Notes under the pieces: model-generated
Seen by the model: only the letters and a program-made list of their open reading frames with translations
Told to the model about the DNA's origin: nothing
The model's database searches: none
Made by a program: the position numbers and the translations under genes
Shown here: one piece after another, positions 12,701-27,700 of the stretch
How positions within the stretch are numbered: the stretch's first letter is position 1
How the letters are laid out: each line of letters begins with the position of its first letter
Origin: Bispira polyomma
Lineage: Eukaryota
DNA length: 64,000 nt
Assembly (NCBI GenBank): GCA_965649765.1
Contig: OZ287751.1
Location: 43,834,001-43,898,000, forward strand
Reading direction: 5' to 3'

Positions 12701-15700
12701 CATTGTGAGGCTGGAGGAATTCCCCGCCCAGAAATCTCTTGGTCCATCAATGGCGTGAGTACATAACGTACATATACTAACATTCGGCTCTGTATTAACT
12801 TGGATTTCGGTATCTACCTGAAATCTGTCTATTCAATTAATATAATAGAAGTTAGCATTAAAATGAGTAATGCTTAATTTTATGTAATTTCTGTAAAATT
12901 GTTTCAAAAAAGCCCTAGTTATTTTACTGGGGCAGGTGACAGCACTCTCAGTACTTTCCCTTGCTTTTTTGTGTGCTATCTTTTGGTTGAAAACGGCAGA
13001 AGCACTCAGGTTTACAAAAGGTAAAATGATACATCTCCCATGTATACCACATACCCCAAAATAATTTTTCTATGCTGATGACTAATGCAGTGCAGATGAC
13101 TATATCAGTTGCTGGAGAACAACTGTGTCAGAGGATGCTTTGTCAGTAATTGCTTTAGAAGTGTGTGAAGTAAACAAGAATGGTCAAAATTTTTATCATT
13201 TTTAACAAGAAAAAGCATGGATGGTGGTGAAGGCATATGTTAGCTTTGGACAGCAGTTAATTTGTTGTTGTTGTACATATCATAGGAACCTATTGAGAAT
13301 CAACCCAATGCCCGCAGAGAAATATTGAAGGGGGGTCAACTGATTAAATATACTCAAGTGACCAAGACAGATGCGGCTGTACTTCAGTGTAATGCCAGCA
13401 ACAGTCATGGATATATCTTCTACAATGCCTATCTCAATGTCATAGGTTTGTAGTAACAATGTGATGTAGAAGTAAAGTCTGAATGTGCATACATTGTTTG
13501 GTAAAGGGGGGGGGATGGACTGTTTTACTGGATTTGCATTATTCACCAAAGTACAAGCATGAGGACTTTTATTTCTATCATAAAGATTGTCTATTATGGT
13601 ATTTTCTTAAATTGTATTGTTATGACAACCCCTAAAACTTTGTTTTGAGGCTATTTGGTCATGTTCCGCCATCTTAGCATCCTTTATTCTACTAGACAAT
13701 GGACGGTAGAACTTGCGCACTGTCAGGATTTCCGTTCAATGCACACTTTTAGTCTCCATAGCAACTGATAAATCTATATCTCAGAACAGGCTGGTGACTG
13801 TATAACTAGTCATCAAAAAAACACTGATAATGTTATATATCTCAGAAAACATTAATAACTGTATAACTGTGAATAATATAACTTTGTGTCTGAGAAAACA
13901 TTGATAGCTCTCTGGTATTACAGTGTTACAATTTATAGTTTTATGTTAACTTGTAACTGAGCCCCCCACATTCATCAGTAACCATCCACTCTCTGTTATT
14001 ACAGTCTATAGTTTTATTTCCACTTGTAGCTGAGCCCCCCACATTCATCAGTAAGACTTCACTCTCTTATTACAGTCAATAGTTTTATTTCTACTTGTAC
14101 CTGACCATACCCCTAGTCATGAGTAAGCCTTCACTCTCTGTTATTACAGTCAATAGTTTTGTTTCTACTTGTACCTGATCATACCCCTGGTCATCAGTAA
14201 GCCTCCAATCAGTAAGCCTTCATACTCTGTTATTACAGTCAATAGTTTTGTTTCCACTTGTACCTGACCATACCCCTGGTCATCAGTAAGCCTTCACTCT
14301 CTGTTATTACAGTCAATAGTTTTGTTTCCACTTGTAGCTGAGCCCCCCACGTTCATCAGTAAGCCTCCACTCTCTGTTATTACAGTCTATAGTTTTGTTT
14401 CCACTTGTAGCTGAGCCCCCCACGTTCATCAGTAAGCCTCCACTCTCTGTTATTACAGTCTATAGTTTTGTTTCCACTTGTAGCTGAGCCCCCCACATTC
14501 ATCAGTAAGCCGCAGTCAGTAGTTAAGGTGGCAGAGGGCCAGGACACCACCATAGCCTGTGAGGTGTATGGGGCACCCAAACCAGTAGTGACGTGGAAGA
14601 AAGATGAGGAGGATGTGGAGGGACCCAGGTTCTCTATCAGCACATCGGGAAAGATTGTAGGAAATCTGACCATTCAGGTATTGTGGTAGATGTTTAAAGT
14701 TTGATGTAAATTATTACAACTACTAGTGACAAACTTGAAAAGTACTCAGTAGAGTCCATATCTCCACAAAGATTGTAGAAAAGTTAACTATTCAAGTATT
14801 TGTGGTAGATATTTGTAGTTTGTGGTAAATCGTAAACTACTTGGGGCAAACTTGAAGGGCTGTGCATACTTCCGCCAAGGAGCCTCAGTGCCAAATATTC
14901 ATGGATCTGCCATTCTCCCCAGACGGATACTTATGAATTTTCCCTTGGCCCAATTTGCCCCATCCTTCTAATAAATGTCATGTAAATTAGTTCTCTAGTT
15001 TTAATGTAACAAAGAAACTAACCAACGGTTATGGATGAAAACATACCGAGAGACATAATATATGTAATCTGACTTTAGTTTTAACAATAAAGTTTTTACC
15101 TTATATCTGTCACTGTATCCACCAGAGGAGTAACTCTGGTGGATACTAAGGATTAGTCGTCGTTACGTATTGGATTGTAACTGTATACTCTTTAAAAACT
15201 AGAATATGTTCTTAGTGTAAATGGTGACCCTGTTATATCAGGGCTCAATTTCTTCTAGACATTCCACTAGATTTAGCATTGGAAGACACTTGAATCTGCT
15301 AGTTATGGCAAAAGGTTTTTTAATGGACTTTAGGTGCGAGAAATTTGTACTAATTTTATACATGAATGCCGTATGCATCTTTCTGTTTATCTTTATAAAA
15401 AAATTGCGGTGTATTTTTAAACAGAGGGCTGTAAAAGCAGATGAAGGAATCTACGAGTGTTTTGCAAAAAACAAATTTGGAGAAATAGATGCCAATGGCC
15501 AGCTCATAGTCAGAGGTAATATACGAAACATTGAATAGAATGTAAAAATAAATATGTGAAATGGGAAAAAAACCCTCTAAAGATATATGTCTTGTTGTGT
15601 ACTCCTAAAGATGTACATATTACATCAAAATTTATACTTGGGCCTTTTTTGTGGTCTTTTATGTTAATCTAACATGCTGATCATGTTTATGTGTTTATGT

Positions 15701-18700
15701 TGGTATTTGTATTCATTCCCACTCCAGGTCACTTAAGTGCCTACTAGCTCCTCTGTTGACAAGTACTGGACTTTGGCTACATACTTGCACTTGTAGTGAA
15801 AGTAATAAGTTTGTAAATATTGGCCAATAGATGTGGATCATGACCTACAAGTGAACAACGTGGACATAACACATAAGACTACCATTGAATGTTTGTCATT
15901 CCTCACTCCATGTTTTAGCGTCCATAACCCACATTATTCTATATATAACACATACTCTATAACCCACAGAGAAGACGGAGATCATTGTTTTCCCCAAGTC
16001 CCAAGAGGTCCAAGCTGGAGAGAAGGTGGTGCTGGAATGTGAAGCCCAGACAGACACTAATGAGTTCAACAAACTGGTGATCTACTGGAAGAGAAATGGA
16101 GAGCGCATTGACTTTGATTCTCCAGATACCTCGTCTACGCTCAGTTTTGATACCAGAGATAACTCACTAACCATCTCAGGTAAGTGGTGTAACATTCACA
16201 CTAGATACCAGGGATAACTCACTGACCATCTCAGGTAAGTGGTGTACCATTCACACTAGATACCAGAGATAACTCACTGACCATCTCAGGTAAGTGGTGT
16301 AACATTTACACTGGATACAAGAGATAACTCACTGACTATCTCAGGTAAGTGGTGTACCATTCACACTAGATACCAGAGATAACTCACTGACCATCTCAGG
16401 TAAGTGGTGTAATATTCACACTAGATACCAGAGATTACTCACTGACCATCTCAGGTAAGTGGACACTAGTTACCAAAGATAACTCACTAACCATCTCAGG
16501 TAAGTGGTGTAACATTTACACTGGGTACCAGGGATAACTCACTAACCATTTCGGGTAAGTGGTGTAACATTTACACTGGGTACCAGAGATAACTCACTGA
16601 CTATCTCAGGTAAGGGGTGTAACATTTACACTGGATAAAAGAGATAACTCACTGACTATCTCAGGTAAGTATTCACACTGGATACCAAAGATAACTCACT
16701 GACCATCTCAGGTAAGTGGTGTAACATTCACACTAGATACCAGAGATAACTCACTGACCATCTCAGGTAAGTGGTGTAATATTCACACTAGATACCAAAG
16801 ATTACTCACTGACCATCTCAGGTAAGTGGTGTACCATTCACACTAGATACCAGAGATAACTCACTAACCATCTCAGGTAAGTGGTGTAACATTTACACTG
16901 GGTACCAGGGATAACTCACTAACCATTTCGGGTAAGTGGTGTAACATTTACACTGGGTACCAGAGATAACTCACTGACCATCTCAGGTAAGGGGTGTAAC
17001 ATTTACACTGGATAAAAGAGATAACTCACCGACTATCTCAGGTAAGTATTCACACTGGATATCAAAGATAACTCACTGACCATCTCAGGTAAGTGGTGTA
17101 ACATTCACACTAGATACCAGAGATAACTCACTGACCATCTCAGGTAAGTGATGTACCATTCACATTAGATACCAGAGATAACTCACTGACCATCTCAGGT
17201 AAGTGGTGTAACATTCACACTAGATACCAGAGATAACTCACTGACCATCTCAGGTAAGTGGTGTAACATTTACACTAGATACCAGAGATAACTCACTCAC
17301 CATCTTAGGTAAGTGGTCTGGCCTGTTTTTATCTACAGCAATGTGCCTATACACATTTAATGTACTGTTATCCATAAAGTCTTCCATCATCAAGTCATGT
17401 ACACGTTAAAATGTTTGGTCTTTATATATATCATTCAGTTGTTTCCATGCATCTGTATACGTCATGCATATCTGTGAAACATCCAGGGTGGATATGGATG
17501 GTGAAAATTGAAACAAATATTTACTTCTGTGTGATATACGTTAGAGTATATGGGGTGTATTACAGTAATTAATACTGCCAGTAATACTGTGAAATCACTA
17601 TTTGATCTATCTTCAGTTTTTAATGTTTTCAGCAGTTATGCACAAATTGGAGCTCTGTCTAAGAATACTTAGTATATATACACTGTCCAGACAGCTCTCC
17701 TGTCATGGCTATTACTTGTGTTTTATTGAGACATTCACTTGTATTTTATTCCAGGTAACATATACCTCTTTTGTAGGTGCAGCAGTTGATGACACAGCCA
17801 GCTATACTTGTGTAGCATCTAATGGACTAGACCAGGATGAGTTCACTGCAGAAATAGTCGTCAAAGGTGAGTGAGGTTCAATTACATTCTGACAATCTGC
17901 ATGTCTATCCTGCAGGTCTAAGTTTTTTATTGGATTCAAAATCTTAATGTTGTGCACCCCTGGCCCATGTATGTGCAGTATCTACTTATGAGAACCATGT
18001 GTCTGAAATACCCACTTGTCAGAACCATGTTTCTCAAGTACCTACTTATCCGAACCATGTAATACTATCTGAAGTACCCACTTATAAAAACCATGTATCT
18101 GAAGTACCCACTTATGAAAACCATGTGTCTGAAGTACCCACTTATGAGAACTATGTATCTGAAGTACCCACTTATGAGAACTATGTATCTGAAGTACCCT
18201 CTTATGAGAACTATGTATCTGAAGTACCCACTTATGAGAACCATGTATCTGAAATACCCACTTATGAGAACCATGTATCTGAAGTACCCACTTATGAGAA
18301 CTATGTATCTAAAGTACCCACTTATAAGAACCATGTATCTGAAATACCTACTTATATGAACCATGTATCTGAAGTACCCACTTATAAGAACCATGTATCT
18401 GAAGTACCCACTAATGAGAACCATGTATCTGAAGTACCCACTTATCAGAACTATGTATCTGAAGTACCCATTTATGAGAACCATGTATCTAAAGTACCCA
18501 CTTTAGTAACCATATATCTGAAGTACCCACTTATCAGAACCATGTATCTATCTGAAATAGCCACTTATTAGAACCATGTATCTGAAGTACACACCTATAA
18601 AAACCATGTATCTTAAGCACCCTCTTATGAGAACCATGTATCTGGAGTACCCTTTCATAAGAACCATGTATCTGAAATACCCACTTATAAGAGCCATGTA

Positions 18701-21700
18701 TCTGAAGTACACACTTATGAAAACCATGTATCTCCGGTACACACTTATGAAAACCATGTATCTCCAGTACCCACTTATCAGAACCATGTATCTGAAGTAC
18801 CGACTTATTAGAACCATGTATCTCAAGTACCAACTTCTGATAACCATGTATCTCAAGTACCGACTTATTAGAACCATGTATCTCAAGTACCAACTTCTGA
18901 GAACCATGTATCTGAAGTACCCACTTATGAGAATCATGTATCTGAAGTACCCACTTATAAGAACCATGTATCTAAAGTACCCACTTATGAGAACGATGTA
19001 TCTGAAGTACCCACTTATCAAAATCATGTATCTGAAGTACCCACTCTCCACTATATTTATATGACTCTGAATGTATGTGTAACATAAAGTTTATGTATTA
19101 CTCCTTAGACCGGCCCGAACCTCCTTATGATGTCTATGTACCTAGCTGTGGGTCTGAGAAAGCTGAAGTTGAGTGGGTAGCAGGCTTTGACAACAACGAT
19201 GACATCACTGAATTCATTGTGTATTACAACATGTCTTTTGATGATCCAGGCATCTTTCATGAGGCCAAGAAAGTGCCAAGTGGTAATACTGTCTTACATT
19301 TATGGAATATTTTTGTGTTAGGTTAACTAGTATCGCAATGGGGAAAATTTGATTTTAAATTAATTTATTGAATTTATTTGGGTTATACATCACTTTTAAC
19401 AGCATTGGTCATATTGTGACGGCCAGGTTTAGTGGTGGGGAAAACCAGTGCTGATGCACTGTAAACCACCAACCTATGGTAAGTACCTGACAAACTTTCC
19501 CACATGAAAAAGCCCTTTTAATAGAAAATCTGTCAAGTCGATTTCTCACGAATAAACAATATTCCACCAAGTTATATTCAATATTTACAAGCAGTAAGAA
19601 GTACATGTATATCTACAGGGTCCCATTCAGGGCAAATTAAGCACTAAATACATGCGTACAATTTGCATTGCTCTTTTGCTAATTTTAATGAAAACTCTAA
19701 ATGTAAAAACAGTACCAGAATACATTACGCCCAGAAGCACATGTTACACAAAGAATTAATGTATCTCAAATTAAGATTGAATCATTAATTTATCCATAAT
19801 TTGTCTTCTGTTCTAGCTAGTACACATACATAAGTTATTTGTGGTGTTTTTCTCAGGTATGACCAGTACTATTATTGGACTGTCTCCCTGGACAAACTAC
19901 ACATTCCATGTGAAGGCCAGGAATAGTATAGGACTGAGTGACAGTAGTGGCTTTACTGTAGCCATGTGTCAGACTTCAGAAAACATCCCCTTCAAGAGTC
20001 CCTCTGGTGTGTGTACAGAGAGCAGGGAGCCTGACCAACTGGTTATAGTGTGGGATGTAAGTGTTAATAGAACCTCTGTCATGTGAATATTCTGGTGTAC
20101 AGAACACCTGACCAGGTGGTGATAGTGTGGGATGTAAGTGTTCATATAACCTCTGTTACGTGAGTATTCTGGTCTACAGAACACCTGACCAGGTGATGAT
20201 ATTGTGGGATGTTAGTATTATACAACCTCTAGTACACAATTTTATTTAGAAAATAGAAGGTTTCTAAAATATCATAGTTATTTTAATTAAAAAAAGTGGA
20301 AAATATAAATTGGGCCGAGTGAAAATATAGTCATAAAATTAAATATTTGGTTAATGGTTAAAATGATAAATGTTCTAACTTTATAATAGAAAAGTAGGAC
20401 AGGGTATTCCATCAGTTTATTGCTTAAAATATATACAACTGTATATACAATATGTGATGCCAGTGTGATCTCTCATTTGAGCCTAATTCAATAACTGATC
20501 TGCAACCGTATTCTCTAAAAATTTTAACTCAAGCTCAAGTCTGAGATATAGCTCAGCTGAGTTTTTTTCTCAATTTCGTTTTTCTCAAACACATTTTTAC
20601 AAAGCTCAACTGAGATTTTTTTTCAGCTCAGACGCAAGTCTAGACATGTTGGCACAGATCCAAAATAACAACAGGCAAATAAATCTTACTGTTATATTGG
20701 GCCTGTGGTCACATGATCTCTTTGTTTATTTTCATTCAAGTGAAATTCTTATTACATTTGAGTCAAGGTATAGCCTTGCTCAAAGTTGAGCAAAACTCTC
20801 AACTCAAAATATTGAAGAATATAAACTGAGTTGAGATTTAATCTCACCTCAAATCTGAGCCGGTCACCGTTGCAACTGCCCAAAACTCTGAGGCCATTGT
20901 TTTAAGTATATGTTACACCTTGTTTACCAAATGCTTCTACTACTTTGTACAGCCCATGCCAAAGATTGAACACAATGGCCAGGGTTTTAAGTATGTGGTG
21001 TCCTATGAGGAAGACCGAGCTGGAGCCAGTCCTTTCAGTATGGATGTCACAGACTGGAGAGAGGGGCAGCTGGTCATACAAAACCAAGCCACATTTACCA
21101 AGTATAAAATCTCTGTCGCGGCAAAGAACAACTTTGGGTCAGCACCATCTCAACAGCTGGAAGTGCACTATGGCTACTCTGGAGAGGATGGTATGTAAAC
21201 ATGGGGTTCAAATCACTGAATGGTTGTAATGAGCCATTGAATTGTTGTAATAAGTGGTTGTAATAAGTCACTGAATGGTTGTAATGAGCCATTGAATCGT
21301 TGTAATAAGTGGTTGTTATAAGTCACTGAATGGTTGTAATGAGTCACTGAATGGTTGTAATGAGTCACTGAATGGTTGTAATAAGTCACTGATTGGTTGT
21401 AATAAATCACTAAGTGGTTGTAATTAATCACTGAGTGAAAGGGACTTAGCCAGGTCTTAGGCTTAAATCTAGCACAAAAGTATACTGAATTAAGCCTAAG
21501 ACCTGGCTAAGCCCTTTCGTGAATACGGCCCCTGACCAAAGACAGAGGCTTAAGAAGGAGCATAATGTTCTTTAGTCTTCCACTGGGGTAGGACTCTGTG
21601 ACTGAGAACACCACCATTTTAAGTGGTCATCCGGGCCACCCTGTATCTTCCTGTACCTGGTTATCCCAGGCTGGAATATTGTGCATTCTTAAGCAAGTGT

Positions 21701-24700
21701 GTTCTCCAGATTTTAGATACCTTTTTTGTTTACAAAGATATATATCATGATATATTAGGAAATATTCCGGTTTCAGTTTGTTTTTCACAAGCGTTCCTTT
21801 AAATTTATTTCACCCATTTACATGATTTATATGAAGCATTATTCTTCTGCAGAAGGCAATGGTGTGTTCACATCTTGCCCAAAGATGTTAGCCCCCATAA
21901 AATATGGTACTACCTTAATGTTGATCCAGATTTTTTGATCACCAGATCAACTCCTTAACCTCTGGGCCAAAGGAGACTACTACACATACAACTTTAAAAA
22001 ACTCATTTACCCTTACGACCCCTATGTTTTCTACAAGCAGTCAACACCCTAAAAATATTTGATATTTTCCTTTAGTTCCTCGCAACAAGAAATTGTTAAT
22101 ACAGCAGGTGTGTGTTTTAGTGACTACAACTATCTATAACCTATTACCCTCAGTTGCTGGCAATAGTTTTCTCTTGGGGTCAAAAGGGTTACCAATCAGT
22201 TATTTTCGTTCATTCCTATTGAAGAATGTTGTTGACTTGTATTTCAGTCCCAACTTTGAGTCCACAGGACTTTGCCATTGTTGAGGATTCCATAACTGCA
22301 ACAAACGCCACATTTATGTGGCAACCTGTAGATGCCTATGATCCCGGCATTAACGGATTCTTCAGGGGTTACAAGGTATGTTGTTGTATTAAGGATGAGT
22401 CATAATACAGGTGTTTAAGGTTGTCATGATTATGTATCAGATAAATACACAGATTTGACGTTTTATTGTATTACAAGTTCAGAATTTAAAAAAGGCAAAG
22501 ACACTAATGAGCCATTTACATATGAATAAAAAATGTTTATGTTGTTTTCAGTAAAAATCTATATCTTTATAGACAAATATGGTCAAGTATATAGAATACA
22601 GTTGTTGTACAGTGAAATCCCTTTAAGTAGAACTCAATTAAGTTAATTTGTGAAAGTATGCCTCCAAAAAAGTGGTAAATGCCTGGTATATCCATGGTTA
22701 TATTTATGTATACTGTAAATGTATGATTGGCCTTGAGCTATCAAAGTACAAAATAAATTTCTTATTCTTGTACCTTTTGAACCAATCAGGATTGCGGATA
22801 CAGAATTCCATTTTACCATATTTTTAAAACCAATCGGAATTTAGGACACAGAATGAGATCTACATAACTCTGCTGTTTTTAGTTTGTGTCCTTGATCCAC
22901 ATTAGATTATACTCTATAATTAAAGCCAGCATTAAGGACACAGAATTACAGTTTTTCAGGAGGTCTGTATAAAGTGTTGTAACTGTTTAGATGGTGTACT
23001 GGATCAGTGGTACAGAAGAGAAGCGCTACAAGGAAGTCATTCTACACGAGTTTGACCCCTGCCCTCTGGTGGCATCCTCCAACAACAACCGCGGCAAGAG
23101 GCAGAGCAGCTACGATTACTACGATGACGTAGACATGGATGTGACCGATCTCTGGCCATACTCCACCATCACAGCAGGTGTCATGGTACTGAATGGTGGC
23201 AAAGAGGGGAAGATGAGTGACACCATCGAGTTCCAAACTCCGGAGGGAGGTGAGCTTAAACAAATTTTTACAGTGGGTTAAATTGTTTACAGTGAGTTAA
23301 ATTGTTAAGAAGACCAGACAAACTCTCTTCACTGAAGTGGGATTTTCTAGTAAAAGAAAGGCTTTGATATGAACACCTTAACATTCAACTAAGGGACATG
23401 AAAAAACCTGATGTTTGAAAAGACAGACACCATAATATCTCAAGCTTTCAGAGAAACAACTGGTCACACTGCCACAAATCTGAAATTAAAAAATGCATAC
23501 AAATGTATGTAACATGCTGAATTTCATACATTGCCAATACAGTAGACTCTGTATAAGTCTAATGTGCAATATCCATAAAAAATAGTTCAAATTACCCTAA
23601 ATTCGACTTATAATTTAGGGAGGGGAAGGGATGATGACCCTCAAAATTTCAGTGGTTTTACAGTCTTGTAGTACCAATGAACCATATTTTTATACCATAT
23701 TCATACCATATTTTTCTAAAGTACCCTTAAAACACATTAACTGTTTAGAAGATTGTAACCATACCTTTTATTGTCTAAATAAAAATAATTTAACATTGGT
23801 ATCCATTATTATCTGTCCCTAAATTCACTTTATTTCTTGGTAAATGTGATGACCTGTATTTGTGAAGCACTCGTAAGATTTACTATAAAGATTAAATCTC
23901 TCCCGTGGTTTTGTAGGGTAAAGTATACAGATTCAAAGTTCCCCATATATAAAATGCTTAAATAATGGTTTTTTGGCTTTTCAACTTTAAAATACTACAT
24001 TTAGAATACCATAAAGACAGCCCAGGTTATATTTAAGAAGGTTTATTTCTTACAAAGGAACTTAAAATCCCCCACCCTAATTGCACTTTAATGGATAAAA
24101 AAAAAAAGAGGTATACAGTTTGTTGGCGTCAGCGGATTTTATGCAAATTATGCCCCCCCATATTGTCTAGTAAAACACATAAAATTCAAATGCTATTTAA
24201 GGTAAGTTTTATGTGTTATTTGATGGCTAAAAGTGTTAAGACATCCAATTACCCTTAAATACAAGGCTGACACCTCTACTACAGCCAGTCTTTTAACAAA
24301 AGCCCCATTGAAGTGAGAGGCCCAGTAAGCCGGTACACGAACAACAATAGACACATATAACCCCTTGTCTAACAAATACGCTCTTGTCTCTGGTTCGAGT
24401 CATGCTGTCAAAAAGTGACATAAAATCACATCTTGTGACCTGATATTAGGTTCGATTTATACCTAATTTTATGGATTGACCTTCGAGTAATACCTTGTAT
24501 TTGCATTAAAAAATGTTGGGACTTTAAATAAGGTTCGATTTATGGCAAAAATTGAGTTCTAGTGAACCGAGTTACACAGAGTCTACTGTACACACATATA
24601 CTCCAAATATTAGCCTCAATCATGTGCAGTTGTATTCCTTTTCTTATAAATGAACAAAATTTACCAGGCTTTTTGCTTTTTTCCCAAAAAGTATTTAACG

Positions 24701-27700
24701 TGAGTTAGGTCTCTCACAAAAATTACACTTTTCTATTGTCTTGTATGCTCTGTTTTATGAGCATTATATTTTTCAAACAAAATATAGCTTTCCCTATTTA
24801 TTTGGCGATATTCTTTTTTATCCTTTTATTCATAAATCTACCTTATATGACAATCTTGTGTTTCTGTTGGTGTGTTTTAGTGCCTGGATATGTGAATGAT
24901 GTCAAGATAACAGAGACCGGATCTTACCACTTGAAGGTAGAATGGAAAATGCCTGACCAACCCAATGGAATCATCACAGGATACAGTGTTGGACACAAGA
25001 TATGTAAGTTTGGCATGAAGAACACACAATTTGGGAGTTCTCACCAAAGACCTTTATTATGCACTCCTGTAACACAAATGTTTACTTCCAAAAAAACTAT
25101 ATTCCAGCTGGTGTATTTATCTCTGCATTTCACTCCAAAGCATTTTGTGTCACAAATGATGATAAAATGATGATAAACAATGCATATCAAACTATAAGCT
25201 ATTGTATATGTATTTTAATATGTCAAAATATATAGTCACCAGTACATGTATTTCTGTCTCCCCCCTAACCCCATGATTCTTGTCCTCGTATTACAGTGGG
25301 CAGTACATGTATTTCTGTCTCAACTATCCCCATGATTCTTGTCCTTGTATTACAGTGGGCAGTACATGTATTTCTGTCTCAACTAACCCCATGATTCTTG
25401 TCCTTGTATTACAGTGGGAAGTACATGTATTTCTGTCTCAACTAACACCTGACTCTTTGTCCTCGTATTAGAGTGGTCAGTACATGTATTTCTGTCTTCC
25501 CTGACCTCATGCTTCTTGTCCTCATATTACAGTGGGCAGTACACACAAGGTGAAGGAGGAGTTTGTGGGTATGTCCCTCAGTAAGAAGATCAAGAAATTG
25601 ACGCCAGAGACAGACTATGCAGTCACAGTATGGGCCCTCACAGCAGCAGGACCAGGGGAACATTACGTGGTAGAGGACTCAACAGTGGCTGCCATGCGTA
25701 TGTACCTTTACTCTGGCCGTATATCTGAAGTACTGCCTAGCAAATCTAATTCATCTAAGAGACAGTAAAACTATAGTTGCTTTAAAAGTACTGAGCTACA
25801 ATTAATGACTATTTATTGTTGGTATGAAGTAACATAACATTACATGGTATAGTGGTGACAACTGTGACTGTCATGCATATGTGTGTTTATTCTGGTGTCA
25901 TATTTTAAATACTCGTAGATGGTCGCGCACCCGTCAATTTGATGTATTGTGGGTATTCTTTGGGGTACACATGAAACACTTTGAATGGATGTTTCTGAAG
26001 AATAACAGAACATTCAAAACTTTGTTTACCCCAGAGATTACCCATAATACATCAAATTGACGGCTGCGGGACCATCTACGAAGTGATCCATGGGGAAGTA
26101 GTGGGCTAGTGGTTATAAGTGTCTGCTCTAATGTATCACTAAGCTCTGAGGACAGCGGGATTGAATCCCACTGCTTCCTTTATGTGGGGAAGGTTGCCAA
26201 GTACTTGCCGTATGTTGGTAGTTTCCAGTACAAATACCACTGGTTTCCTCCAAAAAAAAGTGGATTAGTTGGCAATTTAAATAGTTATATTTAGATCCTG
26301 TTTAACAGCAATGTCTGATAAACTAGTGCCTCTTTTGAGGCTATGCTTGAGAATATGAACAAAATTGTATTGTCTAAAGATGTTTGGATGATGGAGATGT
26401 GTTAGTATTTACTGGTACCTCGTCCTGTAACTGGTTCATGTGATATGTGTAGCCCCTGATGTGTTAGTATTTACTGGTACCTCGTCCTGTAACTGGTACC
26501 TCGTCCTGTAACTGGTTGATGTTATATGTGTAGCCCCGGATGAGCCTACTGTATCTGGGATTGAGTACATAGATGACACAGTGAAGGTGACTGTAGACAT
26601 GAGCAAAGAGAAACCAGCCAAAAACCCAGGCAGTGACTTCTATGTGAAATACAGGAAGAAGGGTAAGTTGGATCACTAACTAGTCCTAATGGCCACTAAA
26701 TGACCACATCCTGGTAACAAAAATTAAAGAGATCTGTGGAATTGAGTATTACTTATATATGTTACAGTCAATCTGTGAAACCAGTCATTCTGTGCAATGC
26801 CAAAAAGCACCAGTCATTAGGCAAAATGTCTGAAAATTTTCAGGCATTAGGCGAAATGATTGAAAGTTTTATTTATCACACGTAACACTTGATAAAGTTA
26901 TTCACTATAAATAAATAACGACAGTATAGTCATGGTAGTATTATCACTTTGCCTTTTGTTAGAAAAATTATTTCAACTATTTTTCTATTCTGTAAATGTT
27001 GATCCATAAACTTAAGCCAAAGGTTAATCTTGATCGGTCCTCAAGATTGGTTGAAAAAATAGTCACTTTTGTCATTGATTTATAATCAAAATTATGAAAA
27101 CAGTCTTCATACTTTGAAATGTATACAGAAAAGAGCATATACATTATTTGTTAACATTTTGACTTAAATTGCACACTAGCTGTAAGGCTACAAACTTTGA
27201 TCCAAGTCTTGATACACCTAAAGAGCATGGATCACACTCATGCCAAAAGATGAGCCGAAAATCAGCTTAACTTCTAGTGAATACCAACTTAACCCTTTTG
27301 ATCGCTAGGTTGTCGGCAAGCAGTCGACACCCCAAACAATATTATTAATTTTTCTTCAGTTCCTCGTAATAGGAAATTGTCAGGACAGCAGACTCCTTTG
27401 TTAAAAAAATATACATGAGGCTTGAAGTAGTGTGTGGTGTGTGTTTTATGGACTCCAGCTATCTGTGACCTATTACTGAAGTACTTCCTTCATTTCCCGC
27501 CGGTAGTTTTCTCTTTTTTGCTGATGTTTTATTGGTCCGTTTTGTGAATACCGGTTCCGTTCTTCATCTCGCCCATGTTCGCGTAAACGCCCATCCCCAA
27601 CTTTTCAAATATTACGGAAAACGGCCAATTAATTTTGCAAAAAACGTATCATATAACAACAAATACCATAAAGAAACTATCAAAAATCGATGTTTTTATG

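Noticed and set aside
16149-17317. CRISPR-like appearance of regular repeats (also 31272-32660 and 55432-56612)
   Set aside because: Head-to-tail units with no unique spacers, no cas genes, and a eukaryotic intron context.
17999-19064. Overlapping 88-190 aa ORFs on both strands ([10 protein letters not shown] / [10 protein letters not shown] repeats)
   Set aside because: By-product of a 30-bp minisatellite. Frames shift mid-array and no compatible splice sites were found.
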